DNA of 64,000 nt. Origin: a virus. The stretch lies in the IMG/VR virus record IMGVR_UViG_3300013006_000024, positions 41,163 through 105,162 of that record, one strand, 5' to 3'. Under the pieces are notes generated by a model that was not told the origin of the DNA, made no database searches, and saw only the letters and a program-made list of their open reading frames with translations. The position numbers and the translations under genes were made by a program. This document shows, in pieces, positions 59,751-64,000 of the stretch; the first letter of the stretch is position 1; every line of letters begins with the position of its first letter.

Positions 59751-60562
59751 GAATAGCCAATACACAAACAAATTACTTTTACGGTGATACAGTATTCCAA
59801 GGTGGGCTATCTGCCTTGAGCGGAACTACATTTACAAATACTATATTTGCTACTACAACTGCACTGAGTATTATTAATAACGGTACCGGTCCTGCATTAT
59901 ATGTTTCTCAGGCTGCAGGAAGCTCTGATGTAGCTAGTTTTTACGATGGAGATGGTGTTGAAGTGCTTCATGTAGGTAATGCTGCAGGAGGCGGTAACCC
60001 AAAAGGTAAAGTAGGTATTAACGAGAGCGATCCTGATGCAGAATTAACAGTAAATGGTGCTATTAGTAGTAACGATGGTATCACGGTAGCTGGTGGTACT
60101 AGTATTCAATGGAACAGTTCACGTACAACCGTTAATTCAAATAGTGCAGGTTGGTCTGCTGCAGCAAATTATTTTACTACATATCCCTTATTGACCACAA
60201 TTAATTACTCTCCGATAAATTTGTTAGGAGCAATTAATACTAATATTAATCTATTCAATGTACCGACCGGCAGAATTTTTATTGCCAAAACCCTTACTAT
60301 TTTAGTTATAGATGCAGGAGGAACCGCCACAGGAGTAGCACCAATATCTAGGGTTGCAAATGCTTCTAGAAATAATTTAGCTTTGACCAATAATAATACT
60401 CTCCCAACAGCAAATTGCGTAATTGGAGGTACAAATATTGCTCAAAATACTGGCAACACGACAGCTAGTGGAGGTGAAATTGTCGCATTCAGACTAACAA
60501 CCGCAGCTAATAATCTTACCACACTTTCCGCTTCTGCAATAGTAGAAGGCTATCTTATCTAA
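59747..60562 (+). CDS. tail-fibre-like protein (start revised to ATG 59747)
   Basis: ATGA overlap; TALSIINNGTGPAL module shared with the 53843 protein; GKVGINESDPDAELTVNG. Confidence 0.7.
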   Translation: MRIANTQTNYFYGDTVFQGGLSALSGTTFTNTIFATTTALSIINNGTGPALYVSQAAGSSDVASFYDGDGVEVLHVGNAAGGGNPKGKVGINESDPDAELTVNGAISSNDGITVAGGTSIQWNSSRTTVNSNSAGWSAAANYFTTYPLLTTINYSPINLLGAINTNINLFNVPTGRIFIAKTLTILVIDAGGTATGVAPISRVANASRNNLALTNNNTLPTANCVIGGTNIAQNTGNTTASGGEIVAFRLTTAANNLTTLSASAIVEGYLI

Positions 60563-60567
60563 GAACC

Positions 60568-60975
60568 TGGAGGCGGAGAGAATTGAACTCTCGTCTTGAA
60601 TAATTTCACTCACAAGCACTACAAGTTTATTTTAGTTGAATTTTCATAAGGATTAAACTAAGCAAAAAGCCCTTACTGATAACAATTTTGTACGTATAAT
60701 CTATTAATTGTTAAAACCCAGACTATACGAAAGCCAGTAACACGCTCTACTTTACAAGCTTCAATCTACAGTAGAACGATCGAGTAGTTAAACTAGCTCG
60801 AGTGTGGCTTCTGAATCAACAAAGCCAGTCGATGCAAGAATTGCATCGGCCTCTTCGAGACTCATAGCCATGTCGAAGTTGTCTTCGGCATTTAATATGA
60901 TTGCTATTGGTAACCGGCATGCCCCGGTACTTGCTCTCATGAACTCCACTGTTCAATCGATACCATTACGCCCCC
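60568..60975 (-). ncRNA. ssrA: tmRNA
   Basis: 5' GGGGGCG pairs with 3' CGCCTCC-A, giving G3:U70; T arm GAGAG-TTCAATT-CTCTC; TTAAAT-GCC resume context; tag ORF 60889..60788. Confidence 0.93.
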
Positions 60976-61016
60976 AGTTGTTAATGAACTATTAATAATT
61001 ATGCAGGACAATCCAA

Positions 61017-61985
61017 TTAACTCAACTGTTTTCTATACCACTCTATAGTTTGCTTCAACCCCTCCAAAAAGTCAATCTTTGGTTCCCATTTTAATTCGTT
61101 TTTAATTTTATCGCTATTTGTTGTGTATATAAAATCATGTCCTTTACGGTCTTCTACAAATTCAATAAGCTCTTCTTTCCTTTCTACTAGTTCAATAACC
61201 TGTTTAACAAGTTTAATATTAGTCAAAACTATATCTGTACCGATATTGTATATTTCTCCTGCTATACCTTTATTAAGAACAGCTAAAATACCACGACAAT
61301 GATCTTCTGCATGTATCCACTCCCGCATATTCTTACCTTTACCGTAAACAGGAATAGAAAGGTTAGCTAATGCATTAAGAATAGTCTTTGGTAAAAGCTT
61401 TTCTTTGTGTTGATAGGGACCATAATTATTACAACAACGGGTAACACAGACGTTTAACTTAAAGGTATTAAAATACGATAACGCTAGCAGGTCCGCAGAG
61501 GCTTTTGAAGCAGAATATACAGAACTTGGCTTTAAGATGTCTTTTTCTTTAAACGGTGCGTCTTTTTCATCGAATAATTGACCGTAAACCTCATCGGTGC
61601 TTACTTGAACAAATTTTTCTATATTATGCTTCCTTGAACATTCGAGTAAATTAAATGTCCCAACAATATTTGATGTAATAAAAGGAGTTGGACCGGTAAT
61701 ACTATTGTCTACATGTGATTCTGCTGCAATATTAACCACATATTTGGGTTTAATTTTTGTAAACAAAATATCTAACTGCTTTTTATTTGAAATATCTTTT
61801 TTAAAAAACTTTACACGTCTTCGATACTGCTTTTTCACTTTTAAAAACGCCTTAATGTTATCTTTATTAGCAGCATATGATTCACAATCTATATTATAGA
61901 TAACAAAATCAGTTTCTTCTAACAATCTTATTAGAAAATGTGTACCAATAAAGCCATAGCCGCCTGTAACTAAAATTTTAGACAT
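61017..61985 (-). CDS. rmlB: dTDP-glucose 4,6-dehydratase
   Basis: GGYGFIG, AAESHVDNSI, STDEVYG, YSASKA, NNYGPYQHKEKL, REWIH, DRKGHD. Confidence 0.95.
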   Translation of the reverse strand: MSKILVTGGYGFIGTHFLIRLLEETDFVIYNIDCESYAANKDNIKAFLKVKKQYRRRVKFFKKDISNKKQLDILFTKIKPKYVVNIAAESHVDNSITGPTPFITSNIVGTFNLLECSRKHNIEKFVQVSTDEVYGQLFDEKDAPFKEKDILKPSSVYSASKASADLLALSYFNTFKLNVCVTRCCNNYGPYQHKEKLLPKTILNALANLSIPVYGKGKNMREWIHAEDHCRGILAVLNKGIAGEIYNIGTDIVLTNIKLVKQVIELVERKEELIEFVEDRKGHDFIYTTNSDKIKNELKWEPKIDFLEGLKQTIEWYRKQLS

Positions 61986-62037
61986 TTTTTATAATTATAC
62001 CTGTTGCACCGGTGTATTCAAGAAATAAATAAAAAAT

Positions 62038-62232
62038 ATGTCAACACCAGTAGCAAAAGCAACAGCAGTCCCCGGATTTAAAACATCCCGCCCAAAGTAT
62101 CGTTTTCTTGCAGATAAAAGAGTTATTCCAGTTCAAAGTGGCCGTAAAATGATTGGATATGTAGATGGAGAAGCTGTGGTTGACGCCAACGGAAAAGAAA
62201 TTCCGTTTAAGATGATTGGTGAGTTGCGTTAA
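62038..62232 (+). CDS. small hypothetical late protein
   Basis: 64 aa; TAAATA-N6-ATG. Confidence 0.7.
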   Translation: MSTPVAKATAVPGFKTSRPKYRFLADKRVIPVQSGRKMIGYVDGEAVVDANGKEIPFKMIGELR

Positions 62233-62435
62233 GGCATTGCCACACCAGACACTGCAATAGTTCTAAAAGCGTATTGATCGTAAATATAATAACTTGTTAA
62301 CGGATCATTCATAGTTATATCTACCTGTTTTGTTGTCAGAGCGGGGTATTTGGTACTGTTTATCTGAGTTAAGTTTACAAAAGATTGCGAAAATCTAGTA
62401 ACTGGTGTATCTACATTAACATACTGAATAGCCAT
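62229..62435 (-). CDS. small hypothetical late protein
   Basis: 68 aa; TAAATA-N5-ATG on the minus strand. Confidence 0.7.
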   Translation of the reverse strand: MAIQYVNVDTPVTRFSQSFVNLTQINSTKYPALTTKQVDITMNDPLTSYYIYDQYAFRTIAVSGVAMP

Positions 62436-62498
62436 ATAATTATTTATTCTAATAAAGTCGTTTTCTTCATTAAATTCTGCTAATCATGAGATATAGTG

Positions 62499-62570
62499 AG
62501 CCTGAGACTGGGATTGAACCAGTGACCGACGGTTTACAAAACCGTTGCTCTACCACTGAGCTACTCAGGC
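62499..62570 (-). tRNA. tRNA-Thr(UGU)
   Basis: GCCTGAG/CTCAGGC acceptor; ACGGT-TTTGTAA-ACCGT; T arm ACTGG-TTCAATC-CCAGT. Confidence 0.92.
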
Positions 62571-62577
62571 AAAGAGA

Positions 62578-63177
62578 TTATTTATCTAATACTGAACCGT
62601 CTTCACTACCTCTACAGGTTATAAACAATGATTTAACTCCTATCTCTTGTTCAAAAATTTTATTTTTTTCAAAAGAGTGTTCTAAATCTTGAAATATTTC
62701 AAGGCTATTAATTTTTTCTTTAAAAATATTAAAGTAAGAATTAGGAAATTTATAGAAAAATGTTTCTATAAGGTTCATATCACAAGACATCCATGACTGT
62801 CGTCTTTTAAAAATGAATTTGTTATTATTAAAAAAATCGTGAGTAAACGTGGGATTGTATCTACCGGTAATTTTTGAAAAGGAACTATAATTAAAGTCAT
62901 TAAATGAATTAAAAAATGTTTTTATCATGCACAATTCACCTGCATTTTTGGTACCTATATAATCACCTTCACGAAAAAGTTCTACATTATGTTCACTAAG
63001 TTTATTTTTTTGATCTTTATCTAATATTGTACCGTCTATTAAAAAAAGCTTTGAATTAGGAATACATTTATGTAAGTCTGGAATAGTATAGGTTATTAGC
63101 TGATTCCATCTATCTGCTTTACTAAGAGGCCCTCTGCCTTCACAATTTGTATATGCAGTAATTAAAACACAATTCAT
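62578..63177 (-). CDS. hypothetical protein, possibly glycosyltransferase-related
   Basis: LITA...R..Q, KNAGE and KITGRY motifs, a pattern I associate with polysaccharide-locus proteins. Confidence 0.55.
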   Translation of the reverse strand: MNCVLITAYTNCEGRGPLSKADRWNQLITYTIPDLHKCIPNSKLFLIDGTILDKDQKNKLSEHNVELFREGDYIGTKNAGELCMIKTFFNSFNDFNYSSFSKITGRYNPTFTHDFFNNNKFIFKRRQSWMSCDMNLIETFFYKFPNSYFNIFKEKINSLEIFQDLEHSFEKNKIFEQEIGVKSLFITCRGSEDGSVLDK

Positions 63178-63202
63178 TATTCATATATTTATGAAGAAAA
63201 AA

Positions 63203-63796
63203 TTATTTAAGCCAAACGTAAGAAGGGTCCATTGCCTGGGTGTCCAGATAATCCCATACCTTCCAATTTTTTGTACCCAGATGTGCTTCAAATATGTTAT
63301 GAATAAAGGCATCTAGATCATCAATATGCCATACATCGTCTAATAGTTTCTTACCAGAAGTACGAGATCTATGAGCAACATGATCTGAATATGCATATGC
63401 AAAGCCGGTAAATGGCGGAATCATGCAGCCAAGACCAACTAAGTTTCCTAAAATTCTGGAGCACACCTCTTTGCCCCCCACAGAGTGCATAGTCACTATG
63501 GCTCCCGCGGGCTTACCAAGCAAGTGTTTCTTCCCTTCAATTTGTGTCATCTTTTCAAATAATTGTTGCATGGGCGATCCCCAAGAATCCCAGTAAGTTC
63601 CCGTACAAAATATCAATGCGTCCGAAGCTTTAATAGCCCGACGTACTTTAATCCAATCAAAGGTGGGAGACAGGTGAATAATACGTACTTTCGTATCTAG
63701 ATCTCGTTTTAAAATTAGTTTCTTAACCTTTTGTATAAGGTTATTAGTGTTCCCGGTACGACCCCCGAGAGACCCGTTTATAATTGTAAATTTCAT
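63203..63796 (-). CDS. NAD(P)H-dependent FMN reductase/flavodoxin-fold protein (start revised to ATG 63796)
   Basis: INGS..RTGNT, SDALIFCTGTYW, LLGKPAGAIVT..SVGG; TAATTA-N5-ATG. Confidence 0.85.
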   Translation of the reverse strand: MKFTIINGSLGGRTGNTNNLIQKVKKLILKRDLDTKVRIIHLSPTFDWIKVRRAIKASDALIFCTGTYWDSWGSPMQQLFEKMTQIEGKKHLLGKPAGAIVTMHSVGGKEVCSRILGNLVGLGCMIPPFTGFAYAYSDHVAHRSRTSGKKLLDDVWHIDDLDAFIHNIFEAHLGTKNWKVWDYLDTQAMDPSYVWLK

Positions 63797-64000
63797 ATGT
63801 CTAATTACCCCTATAGGGGCATATGGTATCAATATAAAGGAATATCAACTTAGTTCAAGCTAATCCCATTCGACTAAATGTAATTTTTTTCTTATTATTA
63901 ACAACTGCCTCAACGATTTACATTCTTTTATCTTATTAATAACTTTTTTATCTTTCTTCTTATATTGTCTTAATGTATGGTTGATAAAATCATTAAGATC

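Noticed and set aside
770-61899. Remaining short opposite-strand or alternate-frame ORFs nested in long genes
   Set aside because: Shadow ORFs with no motifs, promoters or coupling signals.
2601-62017. TACACCGGT(T)GCAA near two sigma70-type promoters (about 2601 and 62004-62016)
   Set aside because: Positions relative to the -35 box differ, and ACCGGT is common in coding sequence here.
60804-62692. Track ORFs 60804..60995 and 62486..62692
   Set aside because: They are antisense to the tmRNA and to tRNA-Thr plus a CDS.

Overview
AT-rich, gene-dense segment of a large T4-like myophage genome; no host genes, integrase or CRISPR, and the genetic code is standard. It holds replication genes (primase, clamp loader, dUTPase), both terminase subunits, and neck, sheath, tube, tape-measure and baseplate genes. 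These are followed by very large accessory virion proteins, a 7-gene glycosyl/methyltransferase operon, NDP-deoxysugar enzymes, five tRNAs and a tmRNA. Three system-level signals stand out. (1) A candidate mucin-type O-glycosylation system: a GT60-family polypeptide GlcNAc-transferase heads a glycan-building operon flanked by four modular proteins with about 1,090 residues of Thr-Pro (PTVT/PTIT) stalks. (2) A 1535-aa beta-helix virion protein carries six tandem repeats that match the phycobiliprotein globin core by eye, each with an intact C-x-R-D bilin-attachment motif. (3) A nearly invariant promoter-to-start-codon geometry (TAAATA-N5/6-start; TANNNT-N6-start) with no Shine-Dalgarno motifs implies widespread leaderless mRNAs. 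The tmRNA tag and two tRNAs are also atypical. All family calls come from motif recognition by eye; no searches were run.
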